This document shows positions 1 through 11,469 of a DNA stretch of 64,000 nt, piece after piece (positions within the stretch are counted from its first letter, which is position 1; each line of letters begins with the position of its first letter). The notes below the pieces were generated by a model. It was given only the letters and a program-made list of their open reading frames with translations, did no database searches and was not told where the DNA came from. Source of the stretch: Octopus sinensis (lineage: Eukaryota); assembly GCF_006345805.1 (NCBI RefSeq), contig NC_043000.1:73098001-73162000 (forward strand), in the 5' to 3' direction. Position numbers and translations under genes: made by a program.

Positions 1-164
1 ACCATGGTTGTTGGTGAACTTCTCTTTCTACCTTAACTGTTGATATGTTTAAAATTTACCTGATGATGACAGGATTTTGCCACGATGTAACTAGAAATGC
101 ATGAATAAAATACTACTGAAACAGCTCATGTAAATTTTGAACTCCACTTCTGTTCTTATCTTCT

Positions 165-400
165 ATATTTTACTTGTTCCAGTCATTAGACTGCAGCCAT
201 GCTGGGGCACTGCCTTGAACTTTAGTCAAATGAATCAACCACAGTCATTTTTTAAAAATCCTGGTACTGTTTGTATCAATCTCTTTTGCCGAACTGTGAA
301 GTTACGGGGAAATAAACATATCAACACCAATAGGCAAGTGGTGGTGGTGGAGGACAAACACAGGCACAAAGACACACACAAACACATATATATATATGGT
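165..400. mobile_element. Degenerate SINE-like interspersed repeat (related copy at ~53030-53230)
   Basis: Motif cagtcatt...catgctggggcac..ccttgaa ... aagttac.ggga..taaacata.ca.ca ... caagtggtggtgg shared by both copies; ends in (CA)n/(TA)n. Confidence 0.6.
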
Positions 401-624
401 GGTCGTCTACTCCTTATGCAGAGTCTGAGCACCTCCTGTACCTACACCTTAGAACCATCATACATACATATGACGGGCTTCTTTCAGTTTCTGTTTACCA
501 CCTGCCCAAGGTGCCATGCAATGGGACTCAACCTGGAACCATGTGGTTGCGAAGCAACCTTCTTACCACCCACCCCACATTTGTGCCTATACATACATGC
601 ATACACACACACACACACACACAC

Positions 625-659
<35 letters not shown>

Positions 660-782
660 ATCAATATAGGGTGGCAAAAAATTTTTGTAGAATTTTTTTG
701 CCACCAGCGGCCTAGTGGGAAAAAATTAATAGTCATATACCATTTTTAAGTTCAACATCACAATCAAGGAACAAGGATTGTG

Positions 783-814
<32 letters not shown>

Positions 815-824
815 TATATATACA

Positions 825-1837
825 CATCATCATCATCATCATCGTTTAGCGTCCGCTTTCCATGCTAGCATGGGTTGGATGGTTCAACTGGGGTCTGGGA
901 AGCCAGAAGGCTACACCAGGCCCAGTCTGATCTGGCAATGTTTCTATGGCTGGATGCCCTTCCTAACGCCAACCACTCCATGTGTGTAGTGGGTGTTTTT
1001 TATGTGCCAGACGAGGCTGGCAAACGGCTACGATCGGATGGTGCTTTTTACGTGCCACCGGCATGTGGGCCAGGCGTAGCTGGCAACGGCCATGATCAGA
1101 TGGTGCTTTTTAGGTGCCACCAGTATGAGGCCAGTTGGGGCGGCACTGGCAATGGCCACGTTCGGATGGTTCTCTTACGTACCACCGGCACTGGTATCAC
1201 AGCTGCAATTTCTATTGATGTTGATCGATTTCGATTTTGATTTGTATTTTCATTTTCACTTGCCTCAACAGGTCTTCACAAGTAGAGTTTTGTGTCCCAA
1301 GAAGGGAAGGTATGCATAAGTGGACTGGCTACATCCCATGTAGAAGCCACGGGTTATGGTCTCACTTGTCCTGCCGGGTCTTCTCATGCACAGCATACTT
1401 CCAAAGGTCTCGGTCTCTAGTCATTTCCTCGGTGAGACCTAATGTTCGAAGGTCGTGCTTCACCACCTCGTCCCAGGTTTTCCTGGGTCTGCCTCTTCCA
1501 CAGGTTCCCTCAACCGCTAGGGTGTGGCACTTTTTCACAACTATCTTCATCCATTCTCGCCACATGACCATACCAGCGCAAACGTCTCTCTTGCACACCA
1601 CAACTGATGCTGCTTAGGTCCAACTTTTCTCTCAAGGTACTTACACTCTGTCGAGTGTGAACACTGACATTACACATCCATCGGAGCATATCCTCAGCAG
1701 TCACAGCCCATGTTTCACTGCCATGTAGCATGGCTGTTCGTACACATGCATCATACAGTCTACCTTTTACTCTGAGCAAGAGGCCTTTTGTCACCAGCAG
1801 AAGTAAGAGCTCTCTGAACTTTGCCCAAGCTATTCTT

Positions 1838-1838
<1 letters not shown>
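825..1838 (-). mobile_element. 5'-truncated RTE-clade LINE: ORF C-terminus, 3' UTR and (GAT)n tail
   Basis: Minus-strand frames give WAKFRELL..LL.TKGL.LRVKGRLYDACVRTAMLHGSETW, RRLRWYGHVARM and GRGRPRKTWDEVVKHDL, which are typical post-RT RTE motifs. These run directly into a UTR ending ggacgctaaacgatgatgatg. Confidence 0.9.
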
Positions 1839-1869
<31 letters not shown>

Positions 1870-1870
1870 T

Positions 1871-1917
<47 letters not shown>

Positions 1918-1960
1918 AATATATACATATATATATATATAATATATACATATATATATA

Positions 1961-2313
1961 TCTAACTATTTTTAACTAATTTCTATATCTATCTAATTAT
2001 TTTAACTAATTTATCCATTACCCATCTCGCCTCTCGTGTATTCATCAACCATCGTGTATTCGCGCCTTCTTCCTCCGGACAATCTTTATTTAAAAAAAAA
2101 AACGCAGCCCCAAACTTCTGCTCTTTCATTCATTCATTCATCTAACAGATAAGTTGAATGCTTATTTATTATTTCACTTCCCCATCAATCATACATGCTT
2201 TCTTATCTATCTAACTATTTTTAACTAATTTCTATATCTATCTAATTATTTTAACTAATTTATCCATTACCCATCTCGCCTCTCGTGTATTCATCAACCA
2301 TCGTGTATTCGCG
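1961..2313 (+). repeat. 104-bp direct repeat (1961-2064 and 2210-2313)
   Basis: tctaactatttttaactaat...catcgtgtattcgcg occurs twice, apparently identical. Confidence 0.85.
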
Positions 2314-2557
2314 GTGCACCCGCCCTGCCCACCCCCACCACCAATACTGGATATCTCTATATTTTTGCTCCATCCATCCCGGATGTCGCTTCTCCCACCA
2401 CCATAATAGGTGTCTACTCTTCGAACCCCCCTCTTCAATACGCTATTTCACCATGCATTACCCCTCTCTTGATATCCTACGTTCTACTTGCCTAGAACCT
2501 GTCATCATTTCTCTGAACCACCCCTCCCCACTGGTGCTCCCCTATATTTCTGCACCC

Positions 2558-2811
2558 TCCCCACATAAAAAAAGCACCATCCGAACGTGGCCGATGCCAG
2601 ACCCCTCTGGCACCTGTGCAGGTGGCACGTAAAAAACACCCACTACACTCGCGGAGTGGTTGGCGTTAGGAAGGGCATCCAGCTGTAGAAACTCTGCCAG
2701 ACTAGACTGGAGCCTGGGGCAGTCCCTTGCTCCCCAGACCCCGGTCGAAACCGTCCAACCCGTGCTAGCGCGGAAAACGGACGTTAAACGATGATGATGA
2801 TGATGATGATG
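2558..2811 (+). mobile_element. RTE 3' UTR-only copy with (GAT)n tail
   Basis: Reverse complement of the 825-1300 UTR; ends ggacgttaaacgatgatgatg. Confidence 0.85.
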
Positions 2812-2899
2812 ATATATATATATACATATATATACATATACATATATACACATAGATATACATATACATATATACATATATACATATATACACATACAC

Positions 2900-2930
<31 letters not shown>

Positions 2931-3929
2931 TACACATAAATATCGAACAAGAATGAGTGCTCAATCCCACATTGGTGGATAAAGATTTTTTATTTGTGTA
3001 TTGCGGCTCCCATTGGTTTTATGTTACAGAATACAATTATCAAGCCTGTCACGTGAAACATCAGTGTTCATATCCATTTTGGATTAAAATGCAAAAAGTC
3101 AAGGAAAGTTACAATAAAAATATTCAAGTATCTCAGTAAACAAAAAAGCACAAGACACCAGGGGAACAACTTTTGGTGTTTGTCAAAATTATCATTTAAA
3201 AATGCCCATTTTTTCAAAAGTCATGAAGAAACAAATCTGACTCTTGTGAATTTTCCGAAATTCCTTTCCCCACTCTACCAAAAACACTTTTTTCCGAAAC
3301 AAATTCACATATGATTGGAACCTGCACCATCTGAAGTGTATTTGTAGAAAATTTCATTTAAAAAATATCCATTTTTCTGGAACTATGAGAAAACAAAGTT
3401 GGTCAGATACATTTGTGTTTGAATAACCATTGCTTTAACATAAATATCTTTGAATATAATTTTTTAAAATACATGTTTATTATGGACTTCAAGTAACATA
3501 AGCATGATGATATACAATAAGTAGCGAGAGTGAAGTGCTTATGACTGGATTAGTTTTGGCATCTTGTGCAGATTCCAATAATATAAAAATTTTTTGTGAA
3601 AATATTTTTGTAAGGGTAGTGAGAGGAGTTTTGGAAACTTCACAGAAGTTAGCTTTGTTTCTGTTGTAGGAAACTAGTAATAATGGTACACCTCTCCCAC
3701 ATGACGAGTAGAATGAGCCAGCCACTATAAAGTAAGGTGATGTCAACCAGTATCGTGAGGAGTGCATAGAGTACCAGACAATGTGTAGACTGTACTGAAA
3801 GCTGTGTCTGTGCTGATATAGTAATTATACAGTGGTACTGAGTGGGCACAATAACAATCCAACCTTTTGAGGATAACAACACTGTATGACTGGGGATTGT
3901 ACAGTGCCAAATAGAAATATCCTGTCGAT

Positions 3930-5320
3930 GACTTTGGAATATAACAATATGTCACAGTGACAACCGTAATGCAAAGACAGATACAACAGTGGTAACCCAT
4001 GTTTTGCATGTGGTGATAAGCACCTGAGTAAAAATTGTCCATTTAAAAAAGTGGAGCGTTTTCATTGTGGAAATATAGAACATATAATGTCGCATTGTAG
4101 AACAAATATGACAAAACAACAGAACAAGGAGAAAAGGTAAAAGTTTTTCATAGAAATAAAAGCTAATACAGCAAACAGAAAATTGGTGAATGTGAAAATT
4201 AAAAATACAAGAGTAAAAAATTGAAGTTTGACACAGGTAGTGACATGACTATTATAAACAAAAAATGTGGAAATATGTTGGTAAGCCAAACTTAATTAAA
4301 TCTAAAAAGGTACCACATGGTGTTATGGGAAAAAGATTATATTTTTATCGGTGAATCCATATGTAACATAACATTTCGAGGTCAAATGAAAAGTGCTAAG
4401 ATATATGTATTAAAACATTCAATTTATTTGGCACAGAGTGAATACAACTATTTAATTTATGGGATACACCCATAAGTGTTTTGTGTAGAAATATAGATGC
4501 CTCAGTCAAGGGTTCAAATAAGACAGAAGAATTGAAACAAAAAATTGCAGTAAAACACGCAACAACTGTATGTAGGCCAAAAAGAAATGTACCATTTGCA
4601 GCTATAGACCAGGTTAACATAGAACTAGAAAGACTGGAAAGTTTTGGTATAATTGAAAAGAATAACCATGCTGACTGGGCAACACTGACAGTTTATACAA
4701 AAAGGAAGAATGACAAATGAAAAGTTTGTACAGATTTTTCAACAAGGGTGAATGAATTTTTTAGTCACACATGTTCACATTAGTTAAAAATTAACACACA
4801 CTGTGGCTTATGGTAAATTTAAGTGGCTTCCCTTTGGTGTGGCAATAAAGTGTGAATTCTTAGTGGAAAAAAAATTCAAATACTTAGGACAAGTAATTGA
4901 TGATAATGGAACGCAATTTGTATCTTGTGAATTAAAAAAATTTTGAGAAATGCTTGCAGTATGACGCCATACCATCCCAGATCTAATGGACAGGCAGAAC
5001 GTTTTGTTGCTACCTTTAAAAGAGCTTTAAGGAAAGCACGGATGAAATAGCTCTTCAGCAATGTTTAAGAGTGTACTGTGTTATACCAAATCCGAATACA
5101 CCAGCAAATAGCTCACCAGTGGAGTTGATGTTTGCAAGTAAAGTAAAGTGAGTTTTTGATAAATTGCTACCTGGCAAGAAAAGAAAAAGTGCCAGAGAAG
5201 ACATAGCAGGATTTTTTAAAGTTGGTGACAAGGTGTATATGAGGACATACGAAAATGGAAAGCAGAACTGGGAAGAGGGCCAAATTATCAAATACAAAGG
5301 CAAAATGATGTAAAGAACAC
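3930..5320 (+). mobile_element. Decayed, internally deleted Ty3/Gypsy (K02A2.6-like) element
   Basis: Zinc knuckle CFACGDKHLSKNCPF..HCG..HIMSHC, RT N-terminus RPKRNVPFAAIDQVNIELERLESFGIIE, integrase PYHP.SNGQAERFVATFKRAL; many stops. Confidence 0.8.
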
Positions 5321-5329
5321 CTTTTGAGC

Positions 5330-5792
5330 ATTGGGCTTCATGGAGACAAAGTGGTTAAGTTCCTTTTGAGCAAAGGAGCCTCACAGGGGTGAAATGGCTG
5401 AGTTCCTTTCATGCATTGGGCCTCAAGGAGGCAAAGTGGCCGAGTTTGTTTCAGGTGTTGGGTCTCATGGAGACAATAACTGAGACCTTTGGCATTATGT
5501 CAAGCTCGAGAAGACCCATTAAGCCAGCAAAGTTGCAATTGTGGTAGATACTGGTTTCAAGCAAATTGGCACTCATGCCAGTGGCACATAAAAGCACTTC
5601 GGTGTCATGCTGATGGCACATAAAAACACCCATTACATTCTCAGAGTGGTCAGTGTTAGGAAGGGCATCCAACCATAGAAAACAATGCCAAGTCAGACTG
5701 GAGTCTGGTGCAGCCTTCCAGCATGCCAGCCCAGTCAAACCATCCAACCCATACCAGCATGGACAACGGACATTGAATGATGATGATAATGA

Positions 5793-5795
<3 letters not shown>
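5330..5795 (+). mobile_element. Diverged RTE 3' end/UTR copy
   Basis: gttaggaagggcatcca...ggacaacggacattgaatgatgatgat matches the family UTR. Confidence 0.7.
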
Positions 5796-5825
<30 letters not shown>

Positions 5826-5828
<3 letters not shown>

Positions 5829-6749
5829 GGTGCACAAGGTATTTGAGGATATAGCTTTTTTTGGGTCATTGCTGCATTTTTTGCTAACTCTGTATAATCT
5901 TTGTTTCAGAAAATAATAATGGCAGACTCTCAGCTTACTCAAGAAATGAAGAGGCATGCTGTTATTGTGGTTATAAAGACTGAGCATAGCAATTAGAAAA
6001 ATCTCGATTTTTAAAAGTTGCCAGATCTTTTATCTACAAAGTTTGTAAGGAGCTAGAGACTGAAGATGGAAATGTATCACCAGTATCAAAGCATAAAACA
6101 CATTCTAAATGCTCTGAAATTATCAGAGTGCCTGAATTTATCCAGCAGGTTCAACAGACCATTGATTACAATCCCAGAGTGTCCATGAGGTCAATTGCAA
6201 AAGATATCCATATGTCAGAAGGAACAATCAGAAATGTTGTCCACTAAGACATCAATTTTCTATGACGAGGAAAAGTCAATTTGTTAGAAAAAGCGAAAGA
6301 AAATCACTACATTGGATCTAAAAAGGCTCTAAAACAAACTGAAAAATCCAGAAGAAGAAGATTTGATTTTGCTTTTCTCAAATGAGAAAAACTTCAACCA
6401 AGATCAAAAAGTTAACAGAAAAAAAGGTAGATGATTATGTGCTGACCCTTCTAAAGTTCCAAGTGTTATTCATACAAAATTTCTTGAAACTGTCGTGGTT
6501 TTAGGAGTTGTCAGCAATGAAGGACACCAAAGATTCTTTGAAAGAGTAATGTCCAAAATGAACCAGGACTACTTGATTCAAGTATGTAGATGATTCAGAT
6601 CTCATATAGAAGCAGATGATGAAGCTGAAGATGGCTTCATTGAATAACATGATAAAAAAGATTTATGTTTATCCTCATAGCATTTTTAGATAAATAAAGC
6701 TATTATCTGTTATTTTATAAACATAAATCTGTCCTCAAATATCTTATGC

Positions 6750-6755
<6 letters not shown>
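5826..6755 (+). mobile_element. Internally deleted IS630-Tc1-mariner transposon (maT/DD37D-like)
   Basis: TIRs cagggtgcacaaggtatttgagga / tcctcaaatatcttatgcactctg. Decayed transposase SMRSIAKDIHMSEGTIRNVV and FSNEKNFNQDQKVNR..VLGVVSNEG. Confidence 0.8.
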
Positions 6756-6784
<29 letters not shown>

Positions 6785-6789
6785 TAATA

Positions 6790-7440
6790 CCAAAAATGTG
6801 CAGAAAATAGACTCCATCAAATGCCAGTGGAGAACACTAGAAGTAGTTGATAGCTTCTGTTACGTAGGTAACTGAGTCAGTAGCGGAGGTGGATGTTCCT
6901 AGAGTGTAGCTGTGAGAATAAGAATAGGCTTGGCAAAGTTCTGAGACCTCCTACCTCTGTTGGCAATAAAGGGCCTCTCCCTCAGAGTGAAAGGCAGATT
7001 GCACAATGCCTGTGTGTGAACAGCCATCCTACATGGCAGTGAAATATGGGCTGTGACTGCCAAGGACATGTAAAGGCTTGAAAGAAATAAAGCTAGCATA
7101 CTTCACTGGATGTGCAATGTCAGTGTGCATGCATGACAGAGTGTAAACATCTTGAGAGAAAAGTTGGGCCTAAGAGGTATCAGATGTGGTGTGCAAAAGA
7201 GATGACTGCACTGGTATGGTCATGTGATGTGTATGGACAAAGAAAGCTGTGTGAAGAAGTGTTGATTTCTAACAGTGGAGGTTAACCCGTGGAAGAGGTA
7301 GACTCAGGAAGCCATAGGACAAGATGGTGAAGCATTACCTTTGAACATTGAACCTCACAGAAGCAATGACAAGTAATTGAGACCCTTTGAACTTTGGGCC
7401 TCATGGAGGCAGTGACAAGTGACTGAGACCTTTGGCAATA
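6790..7440 (+). mobile_element. RTE LINE ORF fragment (pseudogenised)
   Basis: LEVVDSFCYVG...GGGCS.SVAVRIRIG.AKF..LLPLLA.KGLSLRVKGRL; same family as 825-1838. Confidence 0.85.
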
Positions 7441-7442
7441 TT

Positions 7443-9047
7443 CACTGCAACCCACATTATTAGGCAAATCAACCTTCTCTCAATAAATAAATGTATGTTC
7501 ATTCAAAACCTGTTGTTTTCCCACTGACTGTTGGCAACACCTATCTGCACACATTCTGTTAAAATAAATCAGATCTACGCAGGTGGAAACATACAGTAGC
7601 CATTATTGAATAGCAGCAACATTTCTGCTGTCCCAAATTATTAGGCAGGTACCCAATTTAGGTGTCATTATGGGTTAGAAATGTGATCTTACCTCGAATG
7701 AGAAGTCTACCATCATGTCAGAGCTTGGAAAAGGAAGAACAACCATAGCAATATCGAAAATACTGGGAAGAGATCACCAAACAGTGAAGAAATTTGTGCA
7801 ATCTCCTATTTCTGTCTGGTGGAGGGGAGATAAGGGTGAATCAAGAGTTGCTTTGAATCATACTTTGCCACGTATGAAAAGGGAAGTTGAGTGGAACCCA
7901 TGTCTGACAACTAATGAACTCTTAAAACATCGTGGCAGGGAAGATGTATTGAAAACTATCAGATGTCACCTCTTGAAGCTGGTAGTCAGGAATGTCAAAC
8001 CTTTTACAAGGTCCCATCTGAAGGCTGTTCATAAACAGAGGAGACTGAAATGGGCAGAAGAATACATGAAGGAAGATTTTTCAATAGTTCTGTTCACTGA
8101 TGAATGCCGTGCTACCCTTCATGGACCAAATGGCTGGAGTAAAGGTTGGGTATCAATCAGCAGGAACCATCCTTGTCATTTGAGACACCAACAGTAGGGA
8201 GGTGGAGGGGGGGTCATGTTTTGGGATGGCATCATTTGTGGTATGATGGTAGGGTCATGGAAGATGACATCAAAAACATGTTACCTTCTTAAAGGACAAT
8301 TACCAACTATGGTTCAAAAAGCAGAAACTTTCATTTAAGAGAAAGCTGGTCTTCATGCAAGATAATGCCCCATCTCATGCAGCAAAGAATTCTAAGGAAT
8401 ACCTGCAGCAAAGAATTCTAAGGAATACCTGCAGCAAAGAATTCTAAGGAATACCTGCAGCAAATAGGCTTCTCTGTAGGTCATTTGATGGAGTGGTCAT
8501 CTTGTTCCCCTGACTTAAACCCGATCAAGAACCAGTGGAGTGTCCTGAAGAGGCACGTTTACTAAGATGGATGGCAGTTTTCAAGTAAAGTTGCCCTTCT
8601 GGGATGTTACTGTAGATACTGCTCAAAGAAAGCATGACACAAGAGGATATCATCACCATGACAAATTCAATGGATCAGAGCATAAGAAAGGTTATTGCAT
8701 GTGGAAGATAATGCATCAAACATTAGAAGCTATATGACATCATAATCCCATGATTATTTCATTCGAATGTATTAGCATGTTTACCATTAAAACCTTTATG
8801 AATAATTCTTTTGTTAAACCTTTACTGTTGAATTAAATAAATGTTTATTCTGACATTTTTATTATACTTGCCTAATAATTTGTGATAGTGAAAATGTTGC
8901 CCAATCACAAAAATGACTGCCATTTGTTGGTGTCTGTGCAAATCCGATTTATTTTAACAATGTGCACAGACAGGTGCTGCCAACAGTTAGTAGGAAAACA
9001 ACTGGTTTTGAATGAAGGTTGATTTCCTAATAATGTGGGACACAATG
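7443..9047 (+). mobile_element. Tc1-like transposon with long (~200 bp) IR/DR-type TIRs and a disrupted transposase
   Basis: TIRs cccacattattaggcaaatcaaccttc / gaaggttgatttcctaataatgtggga, with inner repeats (c/a)caaattattaggca at ~7634 and ~8868. ORF 7715-8197 has HTH plus VLFTDECRATLHGPNGW; later MQDNAPSH and SPDLNPI.N. A 26-bp unit is triplicated at 8379-8456. Confidence 0.9.
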
Positions 9048-9049
9048 TA

Positions 9050-9306
9050 CTATGCTTGAGAAGACCTGTCAAGCCAAATGAGATTGCAGTTGTGGCCAAT
9101 GGTGGTATTTCATAACTGGCACCCATGCCGATGGCAAGTAAAAAGCACACTCTACACTCTTGAAGTAGTTGATGTTAGGAAGGGCATCAAGAGTAGAAAG
9201 CATGCCAAAATTACACTGGAACCTGGTGCAGCTCCCCAGCTTACCAGTTTTGTCAAACCATCCCAGCCATGCCAGCATGAAAAATGGATGTTCAATGATG
9301 ATGATA
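9050..9306 (+). mobile_element. Diverged RTE 3' UTR copy
   Basis: gttaggaagggcatc...catgccagcatg...gatgatgat tail. Confidence 0.7.
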
Positions 9307-9617
9307 ACATATGTAGGCAATTCAATTAAACAATCATTTCAAATAAACAAATACTAAAAATAACAACAACAGACAATAAGAGAGCATACACTAAGAATGT
9401 ATTAGTTTGATGCTCAGTAAAAGGAGAGAGTTTATGATGTTTCGAGCATAACTCTTCATTGGAAAGGAGAAAGGGAAAAGTCCAAAGAACGAAAAGAAAT
9501 CAACCACAGCTTGTGTTATTTATATATATATATAACATGCAACAAAAACAGTACTGAAAGGAAACCCCAAAACAGTGAAAGGCAGTGCTCCAGCACGGCT
9601 ACAGCCATATCAATATG

Positions 9618-10871
9618 TTGGGTCATCCAATAAATAATGCGGTTTTTTCAATTGCATGCATTAAAAATCAGAAGAGGACAGGATAAACTACCTGAATCAA
9701 CTTGCTATAAAAGCAGATAGTAATTTTATATTGTGCTTATTCTTAGTGCAAGCTTTGAAGAGTGCAGTTCGATATTAACAGTCATTTTTTAAAGCTATAA
9801 TGGAAGTGACAAAGCATATTCAGCATATTTTGCTTTATGAGTTCAATAAAGGCAACAACGCAACAGAAAGAGTGAGGAATATTAATGCAGTACATGGGGA
9901 TTTGACAAGTGTCACCCAGTGTCAATGGTGGTTCCAGAAATTTCAAGCCAGAAACTACAGCCTAGAAGATGAGCCTCATCCTGGAAGATCTATAGAGCTC
10001 AACAAGGACGCCCTGCAAACCCTGGTGAAAAAAACTCCCAACGTAACTGTTGAGCAACTAGCAGAGAAGCTTGGATTTGGTCATTCAACTATTTGACACC
10101 TGCATGCCATTAGAAAGGTTAGCAAATTAGGTCAATGGGTTTCTCACAAATTTTCTGAGTCTAATCATCAGCAGAGAGTAAATGTGTGCTCTTCTTTGCT
10201 GTCACATCTCACGAATGAACCTTTCTTGGACTGAATAGTGACTGGTAACGAGAAATGGGTTCTCTATAAAAAGTCAAGTGCCAAAGACAGTGCGTAGGGA
10301 AAGGAGAAACACCAGCACCCCAAGCTAAAGAAGGTCTTAACCCATGTAAGATGTTGTTATCTATTTGGTGAGATATGAAAGGTTTAGTCCACTTTGAACT
10401 TTTAAACCCAAGCCAAACGATAAAAAAGGAGATATACTACAAGTAGCTTGAGTGGCTAAAGTCAGTGCTAGAAGAAAAATGGCCACCTTTGGTTTCAAGA
10501 TGAAAGGTGTTCTTCTATCAGGATAATGATCGGCCACATATAGCGAGGATGACTGGAGCAGTTTGAAAGGGAAACAATGCCCTACTCACCATATTCGCCA
10601 AACATTACCCCATCTTGTTATCATTTATTCTGCAGTCTTCAAAATAATTTCGATGGAAAAATATTAATTCTGTAGACAAGGTCAGGATAGTAGTGGGGGA
10701 GTATCTTTAGTCACACACAAGTGAAGAGGGAACTTTTGGAAGAAGGACCTTGCAAGTCTAGACGGAAGAGCATTCTAGAAAGTGAAGGAGAGTATATTTT
10801 AGATTAAAAAAGAACTTTATCTTAATTTTGAAAAAGTATTTAAAAACCACATTATTTATGGGATGACCCAA
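9618..10871 (+). mobile_element. Full-length but decayed mariner (DD34D-type) transposon
   Basis: TIRs ttgggtcatccaataaataatg / cattatttatgggatgacccaa. Transposase from 9800: HILLYEFNKGNNA..WFQKFQARNYSLEDEPHPGRS, later IVTGNEKWVLY, QDNDRPH and HSPYSPNITPS. Confidence 0.92.
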
Positions 10872-11469
10872 TATATATTTATATATATACTAGACTACCT
10901 GTGACCTGTTGGGTACCTGGAAAGTCTGAGTTTCCCAGCAACAGAGTTTTGTTTCATGATTTTTTATTTTCTTTTTGAGGTTATTCTGCATGCTTTCAAC
11001 AGATCTGACATTGAAATCACATGCAAACGGCTCCTTTCCCTGGAAAAGGAAAGACTTGGCTGCTATTTCTTGCACGTGCTGCGACCATATAACAGGTATT
11101 TTGGGTCCTTTATCGCAAATAGTTGTTACCTGGTAGCAGAGCATGCTAGAAATAGCAGCCAAATCTTTGGAGCTGAGATACATTGAATGCACTCCAAAAA
11201 ATTTTTGTAATTGTATTCCCTTGGGGCAATCTTTCACTTTGACTCTCAGAAATTTCATCCAGATCAGCTGGTTTTGTTCATTAATTTCTGTTAACAACTT
11301 ACATTTTCCAAATCACATTCAGTTCACAACATTTTTAAATGATTGAAATATTGTGAATATCAAAAAGTCAATATTGCCTTTTTCGTAGAGAGTGTGAACA
11401 CTTTGTATAGGTCACAGATTCTGCACATGTTTGTGTTGATTCACAAGCCATGACATTCATTATGTGTAT

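Noticed and set aside
11295-11460. CRPPA internal exon ending TECDLEN|gtaagt
   Set aside because: An in-frame TGA lies immediately upstream, and all three frames from the nearest acceptor contain stops.
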